Shown here one piece after another: positions 38,645 through 52,946 of a stretch of DNA of 64,000 nucleotides (positions are counted from its first letter, which is position 1; the number at the start of each line of letters is the position of its first letter). The translations under genes and the position numbers were made by a program. Location of the stretch: the NCBI GenBank assembly GCA_973895155.1, contig OZ316899.1, positions 2,379,573 through 2,443,572 of the forward strand, given 5' to 3'. The notes beneath the pieces are model-generated. The model was not told where the DNA came from and made no database searches. It saw only the letters and a program-made list of their open reading frames with translations. This DNA is from Marsupella aquatica. Lineage: Eukaryota > Plantae > Marchantiophyta.

Positions 38645-41600
38645 GGTCGCCCCTAATTGTTTATATTTTCCTTATTTTGTCCCTATACTAAGGTGTTTCT
38701 AGGGTGCACTCCTGCTTTACCCACTTAACTGGCCAAGTGATTCCTGGCTAGGCATCACAAAGGATGTGAGTGCAAAAGTAGTCAAGGGGACTACCTCTCT
38801 ATAAGTGGAGAGTTGAAATTACTTATGTATGGAGTGATTAGACATTGTAAGCACATTTCAGAAGTTTTGTCAATCCTTTGTGACCCTGGTATGACATGGA
38901 GCAGGTAGTAGGTAGTTTTTTAGGAGAAAAGTCCCTTAAGCTCCTTGACAAGTGTTTAACAGATAATGACAAGCCGCTCACCTGGAAAATCCAATCTGCA
39001 TTTTGGAATGACCCTCAAACCAGCCATTCAGACACAGAAGTTCAACGGATTCTGCACCTCGCAAAGATGGTAGAACAACTACTAGACTCTTTTGCAGACG
39101 CTGCAAAAATGACTAGATCCCATATACTGGCGGCAAATGCACCATCTAGAATACAGATGGAAACTCAACCCGCCATAGTAACGGCACCAAGAGCCAAGCG
39201 AGGCCGCCCACTAGGCTCTGGAGACAAACAACCGAGGCAGAGGAGGGCAACCCCCTCTAGAGAGGCAGCACCAATCCATAGGGCCCCTGCCTCCCCACAG
39301 CCTGAGACACGAGAAGATAACGAAGAGATTGCCATCAACTACGGCAGCACAGGGCACATATGGGACAGACAACAGACAATACTAGATGAACACTTTGCCT
39401 TCCACATATCTCAACAAATAGAAGAAGACTTACCTGACCCAAGGACAATCCCAGAAGCACAAACTCACCCAGACTGGCCAGAGTGGGAGAAAGCTATTCA
39501 TCTCGAATTGGACTCACTTCGGCCCAGTAACCCCAGCAACCCCAGGTACACACCTGACGGGATACAAATGGACTTTTGTGAAGAAGCGCTATGCAAAGGG
39601 GGAGGTGGTTAGTGTGGCACGACTAGTAGCTAAGGGATTTACTCAAATCCCAAGCACGGACTATGACCTCACATATTCCCCAGTAATTGACGTAATCACT
39701 TACCACTACCTGATCACCTTTTCCCAACATCATAACTTATCGATGCATCAAATGGACATAGTGACAACTTATTTATATGGCCACCTGGATAGAGTAATTC
39801 ACATGGAGGCACCACTCGAACTGATACAACGAGCGGAACACCACAGTAAGGGGGAGAAAATACATCAAGAACCACATAAGCATACACACAGTACCTTCGA
39901 CCACACCAACGCAGCAGTACTTAATAAAACAGCAAAATCAATAACATTGGGAGCTTCTTTAAAGCAAGAGTTGCAAAAGAAAAATCTTACCACACGAACT
40001 CGTTTAGCAGTACAAGTACTCCGCTCAATGTATGGCCTGAAACAGAGCGGCCTGACATGGTATAAGAGATTTAAATCAGAAATTCTAGCAATGGGATTCA
40101 CGAACGCTGATATAACACCATGCCTTTTTATTAAGCGAGCAGGACGCAAACTCATTATCATTGCCATATATGTAGACAACTTGAACTTATTTGGCACCAG
40201 CAGAATCATGCTGGAAACTATTAAATTACTGAAACAGGCATTTGAGATGAGAGACTTGGGGCAAACTACTTTCTGCCTCGGATTGCAATTCAAACACTTG
40301 CCCACTGGAATTTTCCTGCATCAATCTACATATACAAAAAAGATATTGAGGCAATTTAACATGCATCAGGCAAAACCAGTCCAATCTCCTATGGACATTC
40401 GTTCCTTGGATAAAGATAAGGACATCTTCCGGAAGAGAAACGAGAAGGAGCCACTACTTGGCCCAGAAAAACCGTACCTATCTGCAATAGGTGTCCTGAT
40501 GTTCCTCGCCAATCAAACAAGACCCGCCATAGCATTTGCGCTGAATCTATTGGCCCGCCACAGTGCAGGACCAACTATATGCCATTGGAATGGTATCAAA
40601 AGAATATTTTGCTACCTAACTGGCACAATAGATCAGGGATTGTTTTACCCTGAGAATGCTACTTACTTACTAACCGGGTATGCAGACACAAGATACTTGT
40701 CAGACCCGGAGGACGCTAAGTCCAGACCGGGTACATGTTCTTGATGGGACAAATGGCGATGTCATGGAGGAGCAGCAAACAAACGCTAATTATGACTTCA
40801 TCTAACCATTCAAAAATAATTGCCCTGTATGAGGCCAGTTGTGAGTGCATATGGCTACGTAATGTAATTAATCATACATGAACACACAGGAATGCCAGAA
40901 TTACATGCACCAACACATGTGTATGAGGACAACCGACCATGCGTTGACCAAATCCAAGCCGGCTTCATCAAGGGTGACCGCACGAAGCATATAGCCCCTA
41001 AGTTTTTCTTCACCCATGAGCAACAAAACAAGAACATCAAGTACGCTGGATTCCAAGTGAATCAAACTCTACAGATATGTTTACGAAATCCCTACCGCCT
41101 GCCATTCACAAAAAGCATGCACATTCCATAGGGCTACGAAGCTTATCTCAATTACTGCTGAACTTACAAAGTTGGGGATTGCAGCTAACGTGCTTGCAGC
41201 ATTCAGGGGGAGATTCGTCCGACCGTAGCCAAAAAACTGCAACTTTGCAGACGTCGATACCTCCCCAACATAAGCCAACGAGGCACTTCTCAACACACAA
41301 GCTAGGAACAGACTGACACCATCACAACGATCAACGGGAGCGCAGTGAACGTTGGCAAGACCCTGCAACACAACTCAAAAAGCGCAATACCAACTTCCAA
41401 GGAACCCTAATGCTCCCAGTACTCCACACCGTCGAGGAATTAGACACGTACATTGTTAGGGCTACGAGCTTGCAGGGAAAAATGCCACAAGACCGAGCTA
41501 AACCACATAACATTTTCCCGACAAATACATCTTCAAACATTATACTATTTTTACATTAGACCATACACATTAAATCATTTATATAACCTGGAGGGAATGG

Positions 41601-44273
41601 TAATACTCTTTCCCCCTACAAGAAAGGAGGGGGGGTTTTAATGAGGGTTACATTCCCCTCCTAATTATAAACTTCAAATAGATCAAAAATCATCATTCCT
41701 TAGAGTAGACTTCAAATGGTGGCAACATTTCCCCCAAGTCATGTTACCCCCAAGGGGGAGTGTTGTAACCCAAGTTAACCCAGGGTCAAGTCTACTGCAG
41801 TCAGGCTAGTCATAACCGCCTAACTGCCTAGCTACCTAAGGAACCATATGTACTGGTTGGACGATGAATGAAGCATTAGTTGTTGACACACCACAACAAG
41901 AAGGCTATTAAAAAGGATATTGTTGATGCCAACGCAGCCAAAGAGGAGGAGGAAGCCAAGATTGTGATGGAAGCCAAAGTCAAGGAGGCAAGAGAGTCGC
42001 AACCATATCACGTACCCCTCACTAATATCAGATATCAGTCAAAGATATCAGTCTTTTGAGACGGGATTGGAGGCAACTCAACGAGGCCGCAGAGAGGGAG
42101 GATAGACCAGGTTCCCATATTTGCGCCAAAAAGATCCAGCTTTATTTCCTTGATCGTAAATAAGTTCCGGTCGCACACAGACTAACCTCAAGTTACAACT
42201 ATGGCAAATTCCATATTACTCTAAGCTAATCTCACCGTGAGGCCCCACTATTAACATTCCTTCTTTGTCAAACATTGGTCGACCTCCCGCTTGTGTTCCC
42301 GAACTCTGCTTCTCAAGAGTTATCATTTTACAAGGATGCCATTTCATCTCTCCAACCAACTTTCTCCCAGTCGCGACATCCTTCTCTTAAATAATGCTCT
42401 CGATTGAATTTTGAACATTTATCCGTAGATCAATTGCCCTGGAATAAATTCCTAATCTTAGAAACAACCAAATCCCTGACAATTCCTAAAATTCAGAGCA
42501 AAATGAACTTAAACATACCACTTTGGTGGAATGAAACCGATATGTCCATCACAATCCTTTCAAAATTCAGCATCCGCAGCATTTCTTGGTGGAGGCCAAA
42601 GATTGTCTTCCTTCCGTCCAGCTACCGCAACCTCTCTTGCCCATTTTGCAGACTCTCTATTGCTTCCCATCTGCAAGATTCGTATTGCAAGCTTAGGATG
42701 AAGTTCCTCTCTGCAGCAACTCCACAACCAGTAACTTGAATTCTCTAAATGCAAGAATGAAGTTCCTCTCCGCATGAACTCCACTATAAATTGATAACTT
42801 GAATTCAACAGAGCGTTTATTCAACACGTGACATGAATTCTTATGAACTGTCTTGGCATCCACAAAGGTCAGTCGCCCCCCAAAACCCATCCTCTTTTGA
42901 ATTTGACAGCTTGTCAGATTTAGGGTTGACAAATGAACTTTCAAATCACTATATCTGTCATACTCATGCCGCAAAATGGGCAATGTCATTTTCAAGTTTT
43001 TAAATTCCCGTACGGAAAGCCACTCCATTTGTATGATTACCACATGGCGACCCTTGTTGAAAAGGCTGTTCGCTCCACAATGAAAGTAAGGGTCATTGGA
43101 ATTGAGAGATTTTCTATATACAAATAGTAATGATTTGAAAATGACATTTGCGTCGCGGAGGGAACCGATACTTTGTCGAGCAAATATACACCGCTCAGCG
43201 AGGGTCACCGAGATTAACGTGAATGGAATCAATATTTTCTATGTACGGAGAGTGGTTGACATGCTACAAGAAAGTTCCACCAAAGAAGTGGAATTCCTTT
43301 CGGGTGAGATATTATCGCTACAAATGACACAATTGAAGACAACAGGCGATAGGCAGGTTCTACAAAAGAAATGGTAACTTTTATTCAGTCAAACATATTC
43401 AAACATCTTGTGTTCCATGCTACAACAACGAGCACCATGGGCTTAACTGCAGAGAGAAACTTCACTTTCAAACGAGGATGCGAACACAATCATTCAACAC
43501 TCTCTCAAACACATGAGGAAACGATTGGCGCTAAGCAAAACTACCAAAACCTTTGGAACTAAGTTGATGATTCACATTCGTCATTCAATCCCGTAGTTGC
43601 TCGCTTGAAGCATTGTTGAAAGCCAATATACCGTCGCTTCACATAGCGCGCACTCGCAATCCTCATCACGGGGCGAAGAAGAGGAGAGTTTCATATATTT
43701 GAAGTCAAAAAAATCAACACAACCAAAATATTCCTGAACTTGTAATGCCACCTCCCGATCACTGATCTCCACTCTATTTTCAGGAGATACCTAATGGATA
43801 CAGAACCTCTCGGCAAATGGTCTCGGGGGTGAATTTGGTAGCCATGGAATGTTCCTCTCCCTGGGACTCATTCCTTCATTGGTGGGTAGCAGATGTCAAT
43901 TTCAAATTGTAGAAGTTTTGGTTTCTCGTGACTCATCATAAAAAATAGAGGACGACCTTCCAGTGTCCAGTTGAACGACTCTTGCTCGGGCTCCTCTCTG
44001 ACTTTCTTCTAATCTCAGACACTCGATCTGGAATGGGAGATGAGCCTCCTTGCTACTTGGACAATCCATTGCAAGGTAAACAACTTGTCAAGAATCAAAC
44101 CCTCAACTCTCTAAAAATGTACTTTGTCTCTCCAAGACTGAAAGCTTGCCCCCTATGTGAAGACTGTCCAAGAACTTGAGTCTTTAAAGTAAATTTACCG
44201 CTTCTCTCTTCCTCCAAGAACTTGGGATATCCCTGGATACAGACGATGATGATTGAGGTTCTCGAAAGATTTG

Positions 44274-44570
44274 AATTTTTAGTTAGACGGTCAGCAAGGC
44301 TCGCTGAGCAGAGTCAAGTCTCGTAGATCCTCAATCATGATTCAAGACTTTGACACATGTGAATTTTTGGTTATACAATCAACGAGGCTAGGTGACGCAG
44401 AGTCAAGTGTCCGCGCATTCATCCTCAATCATCAGGAATTTTGGTTATAGAGTCAGCAAGGCTCGCTGAGGAGAGGGAAGTGTCGCCGATCCCTTGGTTC
44501 TCAAAAATGATTTAGTACCTTGGGACATCTGAATTCAGTTAGACAGTCAACGAGGTGCGCTGACCACATT
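44274..44570. repeat. Four degenerate ~75-95 bp tandem units (GAATTT..GTTA..GTCARCRAGG.TCGCTGA)
   Basis: The core GCAAGGCTCGCTGA recurs, with outliers near 44841 and 46982. Confidence 0.55.
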
Positions 44571-45125
44571 GGCATTGGGTCGAGTATTGATGGTGAATTT
44601 AATGATTTCACGTGTGAGAGGAATGATGGCGCATTGCCGCATTCAATGAAGTCTATTGCAACGTGGACGATTGCAATACGTGGACGTGGACAAGGGATTG
44701 TGTGCAGATACGTCATATCCATTTATTTCTCTCAATCATTCCCTTTGTGGGATGGGAAGTAGCAATGAGTGAACGGTCAATTGTCCGAGCGTGGAACGCG
44801 AAGTATGATGATATGATGCCTGACCGTAGAATCGCATTTGGCAAGGCTCGCTGAGCCCTTGTGGAGACATGAAATACAAATGAGTCAAGACGAGAAATCC
44901 TCCGAGCGTGTGAATGACAAGTACAACGGTTGACCATACAAATCATGGCGGGAAGTTATTTGGCGGTCTCGCTCAACTGATTGCGAAAGGAGGCATGATC
45001 CATTTGAAGCAATTCAATTTGACCTCTTTGGCGGCGATTGGATTTGAGGATGTTAGAGATAGTGTTGAGGATGATTCTAGGAAAACAAGGAGAGCATTTA
45101 GACAAGACTGTGCATTGTCAAATCT

Positions 45126-45695
45126 TTGAAGATGGCTTTTCCTGAGGAAATTTCCGATAAGACAATGTCAAAAATTATGAGTGCTGCTTATTGGGAGAAA
45201 CGTTTATCAAATGGAAGATGGGCAAGGGATCACATCAGAACTTACATTGAGGCGGAGGAGATAGAGGATGGAGTTGTGGTTAGGGAGAAGCCCGGACCTT
45301 TGTTACCTGGTCTTCCAATCAAAATTGTTGAACGGAGAATTTTACCGCTCATTCTTAAATTGGTTTGCAGCCTATCGAAACTTGGCAAAGTCAAGAGGGA
45401 GAAAGCGTTTGCTACAATGCAGGTTGTCCGACTCTTAAGCAAGTTATGGAATCATCTTGTGAGTTATACTTATGAATGGGCTATTTTTCGATTAGTAAGG
45501 CACGACCATCAAGAAGGGTGGGTGATGATCATGAACTGGCCAAGGAGAGTCTCACCTCTGACTGAAATGTCAAGGATGATGGACCTCCTGCCTGATCCAA
45601 CGTCTTTCATGAATTTCCCAAACTCAATGGGTGTCTTGCAAGATAAGGAGCTTTGGATATGGCGTGCATTTCTCAATGTGTGCGGTAAGTTTTGA
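45126..45695 (+). CDS. Hypothetical 189-aa ORF, no recognised domain
   Basis: Open frame with ordinary protein composition only. Confidence 0.25.
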   Translation: MKMAFPEEISDKTMSKIMSAAYWEKRLSNGRWARDHIRTYIEAEEIEDGVVVREKPGPLLPGLPIKIVERRILPLILKLVCSLSKLGKVKREKAFATMQVVRLLSKLWNHLVSYTYEWAIFRLVRHDHQEGWVMIMNWPRRVSPLTEMSRMMDLLPDPTSFMNFPNSMGVLQDKELWIWRAFLNVCGKF

Positions 45696-48505
45696 CGGGA
45701 AGGTCAATCATTGCATTGCGGGAAAGTTGGTGAGTCCAAAATCTGTTACCATTGTCTCTTTTATCCTCGGAGTATTGCTGAGCTTGATCCCCCTGTGGGA
45801 CACAAAACTCAATTCAACTCAGAAGAAGAGGGAGTTCTAGAAGGACCCAACGGCGAAGATGTTTAGATGATATTGCTAGGCGTGAGAGCAGTTTGTTTGT
45901 GGGCTTACATTCGTAGCAACTTTTGTTTAGAACTCCGAAGACTGCAAGAATTTTTTTGAAGAAGTAATTTTATTGTTTGAATAATTTGCAAAATACAAAA
46001 ATGCTATTTGAATTTGGCCAAAACGTAGAGCGCCCTACATATCCTGATTGATTTCATAGTCTACTTGCAAAACGCAAATTGATGCCAAGTATGAAACTGT
46101 TGAACCTACATGTCTATTCAATTGTCAACAAATGACAGAACTACTCGAACCCATATTACATACATATTCAACCCCAAGATCATAGTAAAATTTATCCATA
46201 CGAGTCTTCTTCCAAGTCTCGACTCTCTTGCCTTCAATAGGAAAAATGTCGAGGTACTCGTCGACCTTGTTGGACTGACAAAACAACCAAGAGTCGAGCC
46301 GGTGAAAGCACGCTCGAGGGCAGCTGACTCCATATATCAATTGGCGGAAAAGCTTTTACCCTTTCTCCATAGAAGTAAGGGGTATCATAAGGCAATCTCC
46401 TCTCACACCATATCACCGTTGAAACCATTGTTGCCCACGGTTTAGAGTTGGTTGCCAAATGTCTTCATTTCCTATTGATATGCGCACTCGTTTGAACTAT
46501 CTCCGCGATGATTTTAAATCCAGAATCATCAACATTCATTACATCTTCGAGGATCCATAGGACTTTCGGCCAAATATGCAACTCAACAAGATCATATGGT
46601 AGCCCAGAAATCAGCGGACCTGGAGGAGGCCGACATCAGAGTGGATAACGAGATACCGAGATCCTCGCACGCTGTTCATGTTCTCTCGGAAGAATTGTCT
46701 GCAATTCTAATCAAAGTTTCTGTCGGGTATTATTGATCTCCTGTCTCTTCTTCTCCACAACATCCATTTGTAAGAGAGTCCCGCTATTCCGAATATCGAT
46801 TGTGAAATAGTAACCAAGTATCTGAGCCTCATGACTCTCAACAAGTCTCCTCCAAAGCAAGCAACATTCAGAACGACATTCAAAAATGAATGCACGAGGG
46901 ATAAGTACGGGTCCGCAATGTCACTCATCAAAATTCCATATGATGTCTCGCTAACAATGACAGAATCTAGGCAAGAGCTTGGCAAGGCTTGCTGAAGGAA
47001 TTCTCAATAAAATTCAGTAGCCCCTCTGAGTATGAATTGTGTGCCTAAACATCTCCTGTCCAACGGACGGATGACAGTAGAGTAGACACCTCACTCACAG
47101 TCAAAATGGGCTGATGAATTAAATCATTCCGATCCAAGTCGCAGCCATAGAGTTTCCAAAAGCACTAGTAGAGATGTTTGCATGGGTAGTAGGGTCCTGA
47201 AGAGGACTCCCGCGTTGTGAAATCGATACAAAAACAAGAGGGGAAGACACAAATCTGAACAATATGGATCCCTTGTGTCCGCTGACTTTGTCGAGTGGAG
47301 ACTTTTTGCGCGGAGTCCTGTGGCATTCCCATCTTGAACCTGAAGTACTGAATTGCAGGACATCACTTCTTTCTTTGCTAAATTCATCCTTTTTCAACCA
47401 TCAGTCAAGGGGACTCCTCTTCGACGCCGAGTGTGCCCATTCCTGGTTTTTAGTCTCTCATCTGGATACGAGTGATGAATGTGTTTGGGATAACTATCAA
47501 GGTTAATCACAATGTCACCGAGAGTGACTCGAAAGTTCAAGATTTAATCAAATGGTCGCTAGTGAGCATTTTGTGCTAAAGGTAGAACTTGAACCCCATT
47601 ATGTTGTAGGAAATCAATCTCCTCTTTTGCTAGGGATGTTCTGCAAATGACTGGGAGGACATAGGGGAGTGAGGGGAGGCTTCCTATGGCATTTGGCTGT
47701 CCAGACTTTTGGCAACATTTGTTGTTTGGACAGAACCAATACGGAAATGGACAGGTGTGGAATTTGCTTGTACCTGTGAAGCAAAGCGCAACAACCCCAC
47801 GTCCAGGTTGAGGAAGTCCCACTCATCAAATGAAGGTACCGCACACACCTCGTTCCTTACCTCTATATGCACCTTGACATCCAAGACTTGAACCAGTTGT
47901 CAAAGTGCGACGGATATGCCAGGTACGTGGTTGGACGTCCACCTCAATTACCATAGGAGTGGAATGTGGACGTTCCCTGGGAGTCCCTGGTCAACCAGTG
48001 GTGTTCTCAAGAATGTCCACATCTGAATCTCCTCCCCGGACATCTGTCTGAGGTCTGGTTCTTGTCTGTGGAGGAGGAGTGTCAAGAATCTTGATGGAAT
48101 CTGCATCAGTAGTTGTGTGATTGATGCTGGTTTGATGCTTCAACGAGGTTGGATCTGGAATAAATCTCTTTCAACGACGCAAGGGGGGTGAACTCTGCTT
48201 CATCGAGAGCATCTTCAAACGTCTTTTGTTTGAATGGGCTCTCAAGAATGTGAACAATTTCAACATCCGAATCAATCGGTTGAATTGGATTGGATCCGCT
48301 TAACCTTCTTGACCGAGTCACTCAAATGTCGATATTGGATTCAGGTAGTGGACCATGGAGGATGTGGACAGGTGGGACAGGACTTGACCTGGTTTGCCGT
48401 TTGGAGGGGGTGACCTTAGGTGCTGGACTGTCGGTTTCAAGATGCTGATTACAGATATCTAGCTGCGTTTGTGTCATCTCAAACTGAGACGGGCTTGACT
48501 CAATG

Positions 48506-48715
48506 GACCTCCTTGATAGTCTGCGCAAAGGCCTCTCCTCAACGTCAGATGGCCCAGATGAATTTAGATTGATGACTTGGGGAGACTTTGGAGTTTTGAG
48601 AATCTTAACGTTTGCCAATGGATCCTTTTCACTGATGTTAGTCGACCTCCTTGAAAGTCTGCACAAAGGCCTCTCCTCAACGTCAGATGGGCCAGATGAA
48701 TTCAGATCGATGACT
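48506..48715. repeat. 72-bp direct duplication (48506-48577 / 48644-48715) inside a Ser/Pro-rich minus-strand ORF
   Basis: The peptide VIxLNSSGPSDVEERPLxRLSRRS occurs twice in ORF 48322-48969. Confidence 0.8.
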
Positions 48716-49441
48716 GGAGATGACACCGGAAGTGGAGTCTTCAAGTTTGTGCTTGAAACTCCTTTGTATCTTTGTTTTTTATGTGTTGTCACAAGGAGTA
48801 CATCGGGGTGGTGAGAATCTTCTACAGCAATTGCCGTTCCATGGACAGAACCGTGCGGAACCCTTTGTGTGGTGAAATCACCTGGTTCCTCTCGGGAGTA
48901 TGGGCACATAGATGGTTTGATCATTGTTTTGTTGAGGGCTGGGAAGAAATTTTCCACCTTTCCAAACAACCTTGCATGTCAAATTTCAAGTTCAAAGAAA
49001 CTTGGACCTTGCCCTTTCCTCCCATGGTCTCGATAGTTCACATAGACACCAATCTGATACCTTGCTTGAAGTGCATCCAGTGTGCATGATTCCACAGGCC
49101 CAATTTTCTTGTTTAGTGACCATGTCGTGCGCATACACATCGCTACACAACATACATTGCTTGTCACATACATCCAGACATAGTCACATTGCCACATCAC
49201 AAACACAAGAGAATGGAATACAAGTGGAACTCATGTCCACACATGATTGTCCAAAACCCACAATCGCCCCCCTAGCTGGGAGTAAGGTCCCCTAACTCTA
49301 GCTAGCCATGAGTTCTACAAGGTTGATATACACCTTTTCAGGTGTGAAGATCAGGAGGCCGGGTGCAAGTGAGCCCCATCGATCACCTACCTGCAATCCA
49401 TATCTGCCAAGAGAACACAAATGATAACTAGTCGGCTTCAC

Positions 49442-49580
49442 CAACACTGAGGACACAACCATGATCCACTAGGAATCACCTGCAATGGTGGTGTCAAACA
49501 TGACATGTGTCATCCTCTAGAACACTTATCACAAATCAACATAGTAGCTGCTCTCTGAGCAGATCCACACAACATACATT
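49442..49580 (-). pseudogene. PHD finger at the integrase C-terminus
   Basis: CMLC...LICDKCSRG*HMSCLTPPL...WLCPQC is C4HC3. The stop at 49510-49512 is TGA in place of TGG. Confidence 0.85.
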
Positions 49581-52500
49581 TAAAGCCAGCACAAACATGT
49601 GCCAAGCTTGGATCTACTGTACCATCAATGTTGGGAAGGTGACATGGTGCACAGTTGCGCACATGATCCTTCCAAACCATACCATTGCGTCCCTCCAACA
49701 TCAGGACACCAGAAGGCAACACTTCACGCACACGTAAGATTGTCCGGCCTGCAGTCACATCAAGTGTTGTGGGTGCTGTTTGCTGCAAATAAACATAATC
49801 ACTAGGATGAAATCGGCGAATGCTTGCACGGTAACCTCCTCCACGAATAGTGGCATACCTCAAACTATCACGATGTTGGGCAATGGCAAGGTTGTCAAAA
49901 GCCATGGGCATCACTCTGTGAAGTACCCGTGCTCTCTCTGAACACACCTTGACCCAAACATCAGGATCATCCAAGTTCACAACTGGTGCAGCATCACAAC
50001 GAATAGCTGCTGGCAAATCTGGCTCTCTACCATAGAGCAAAAAGTAAGGTGAGAAGGATGCAAGTGATGCTTGCCAACTGAAATGGTAGCCCATAGCTAA
50101 CCAAGGTAGCTGGAGATCCCAATCTCCCAAATGACCAACCTGCAAGCCATACTTACGCAATCCTCTCTTCACAGTTTGCACAACTCTCTCAGCTAATCCA
50201 TCTGCCTCAGGATGATCACGAGAGGTAGTACGATGATCAATCAAAGCTTGCTCACACAAATTCTCAAACTCTCCACGGAACTCAGTTCCCTGATCAGTCA
50301 ATACCTCAACTGGTGCTCCAAAATGACTGAGTACACGATCCAAAAATGTAGTAGCAACTCCTCCACTGGCTTTATCTGGCAACGCCACTAACTCAATCCA
50401 CTTGGAGAAGTGCTCCACCATGACCAAAACATATCGATTATGACGTTGGGTAAGAGGTAATGGACCAGCAAAATCCAAACTCCAACAATATCCCAAACCC
50501 ATGATTGGTAACGGGTGCAACTGGGGAGGGGAGCATTAAATGATGCTCTCACTCTATCACATACCACACATTTTGTTATCAACTGCTGGACATGAGTGTG
50601 CATACCACGCCACCAATACTGTGTCTGTAGCAAGCTGTAAGTGCGCTTCACACCAAAGTGACCCAACTCCTCATGCGCATGTCGCACCAAATGTACTCGT
50701 TGTGATGGTTTTGGTACCACCAACACCCTACCATCATGCAGTACTCTCAGAAGATGGTTTCCTTCCCATCAAAACCTCTTGGCTCTTTGCAGAACCCTGT
50801 CACGCTCCTTGGCATCAACACTGCCAACAATAGAACCACTGCGCAGATATTCCAACACTCTCACATCATTGTGAATATCTTGTTGTCCAGAAGTTACCTC
50901 ACCAACATCCACATCTGAAGACTCATCATCCACTCCATCCAATGGGGTAGAGTCCATGGATCCACTGTATGCTGGCACCCAACAAAGAAAGGCAGATGCA
51001 TGCCATCCTAGCACCATCTCCTTATCTGACTCATCATGCCATCTGGCTCCAGTCTCATCCTGCTGACTGGTACATGGGTTGCGGCTCAACCCATCTGCAT
51101 CCAAGTTCACCTTTTCAGGTCTATGTACAACCTGGAAATCATATTCCTACAACAACAATGCCCATCTTGCAAGCTTCCCAGTGAGCTTGTCAGACTCCAT
51201 TAACCACTTGAGAGGCTGATGATCAGTGATCAAGGTGAAGGGGTTACCAAACAAGTAGCAACAAAAGTGTGCAATAGCCCACATTGCTGCCAAACACTCT
51301 CCCTCATAAGAGCTATACTTAGCCTCTGTTGAATTGTTTGATCTACTGGCATAAGCCACAACAAACTCATTCCCCTCATCATCCTTCTGAGTCAGCACTA
51401 CTCCAAGTCCTACTCCACTCCAATCAGTGTGTAGCTGAAATGGTCTGCCTGAAATGGGTCTTCTCAAAATAGGGGATGATGCCAACCTTTGCTTCAACTC
51501 CTGAAAGGCATGCTCTTGGTCATCACCCCAAATCCATTCCTGATCCAACTTAGTGAGTATGGTCAAAGGTTTAGCAAGCTTGCTAAATCCTTTAACATAC
51601 CTCCTGTAGTAGCTCGTCAATCCCAAGAATGTACAAACTCTACTCACATCAGTAGGACAAGGAATCTGTGTAATGGCCTCCACTTTAATCTGTTGTACAC
51701 CTAATCCCCCTGGGTATATAGTGTGGCCCAAATACTCAATCTGGTCTTGGAAGAACTTACACTTGCTAGATGGAGCTTCAACCCATGTGCTCTCAATCTC
51801 TCCAACACAATCTGCAAGTGCTGCTGATGTTCTTCCACAGTAGAAGAATAGACCAAAATATCATCAATATTGTTAACATCTGACAAAATCCAAACCTGCA
51901 AGGATTCGATCCATGACTCTCTGGAACTCAGCTGGTGCATTCTTCAACCCAAATGGTAAGAATAATCACTGATACAAATGATCTTTGTCATAAGAATCAA
52001 TCCCCCAGAATGCTGTCTTGGACCTGTCAGCATGCCTAATTGAAAGTTGATGGTATCCTGCCCTTAGATCCAATGAATTGAAAACCTTTGCATGCCCCAC
52101 AACATCAAAGATCTCCTCAGGTGTGGGCATGGCATATCTATCAGATTTTGTCTGGCGATTAATGGGTCTATAATCACCACACATGCGCCTATCTGTGTAA
52201 TTGCCATGGACATCCTTCTTGGCTGGCATCACTGTAGCAGATGCATACTCCCCATATGAAATCTCCACCAAATGCGCCTTACCTTTTTTTTCTGCGAATC
52301 AACAAATTCAATAAGGTATTTGGCCATTTGACCAGTGCTGTCGGATAATATTCAATAAAGCTAAGAAAGCTGCCTGTAGGCGATACCGACGAGGTCCAGC
52401 CAGATGAGCGCCGGCCAAGGCGGGTTGGAAGTCAGAAGGCCCGCAGTACCCGCCTAAACCTTTGCTTCGAGAAGGGGAAGGCACTGGAAACACCAGTAAT

Positions 52501-52946
52501 CGGGAAGGGGCCTAGGATTGCACGTCCGGTGATTACTCCGGGTCCGGCGCTTCCCCCGAAAATAGGAAAGAAATATATTTTCCTGGAGCACTTCAATCGA
52601 GTTGGCTTTTGAAACGGATCCAGCCTCTAACAAATCTTGAGTTCTGCTTTGAATTAGAGCTCTCTCCATGTCACTATAACGGTATGGCCTACGAAAGATT
52701 GGCGCATCACTAGCCAATTCAATCTAAATACCAGGACCCTTTAATGTCCCCAAATCCTTTATGCTAAATGCAAAACAATTCCAGTAACTCTTCAGGAATT
52801 GATGCATGCGACGTCTCTCCTCCCCTGTCAACTTAGGGCCAAGTTGTGGTTCCCAACTCTCCACCAAATCCCTAATATCTCTTTGTAGGGTAGAAGAGAT
52901 AGCCGATGATTGCTATTTAGCAGTAGATTGAGCAGTCCCTTCCTGC

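Larger units (their letters stand above)
30079..38759 (-). mobile_element. Giant solo LTR family A copy 2, interrupted by family B
   Basis: TSD AAGGA at 30074-30078 and 38760-38764. Same TGTGG...TCACA ends as copy 1. Confidence 0.88.
27395..38920. mobile_element. Unclassified non-coding insertion (~2.8 kb native) splitting Copia pol and hosting A2 and B
   Basis: The Copia frame FPRL|GEKSL rejoins across TTA at both junctions. No TIR or LTR seen. Confidence 0.5.
24621..41898 (+). mobile_element. Full-length Ty1/Copia (Bianca-like) with nested insertions
   Basis: 138-bp LTRs at 24621-24758 and 41761-41898 with 3 transitions. TSD AGAAG. PPT CAAGGGGGAG at 41751-41760. gag ~25170-25990, protease/integrase 26204-27394, RT/RNase H 38921-41130 (SHILAANAP, YGLKQSG, YVDNL, RTKHIAPKFF). 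Confidence 0.93.

Noticed and set aside
27761-38896. TGTCA...TGACA as the ends of another LTR
   Set aside because: The flanks TTAGA and TGGAG do not form a TSD.
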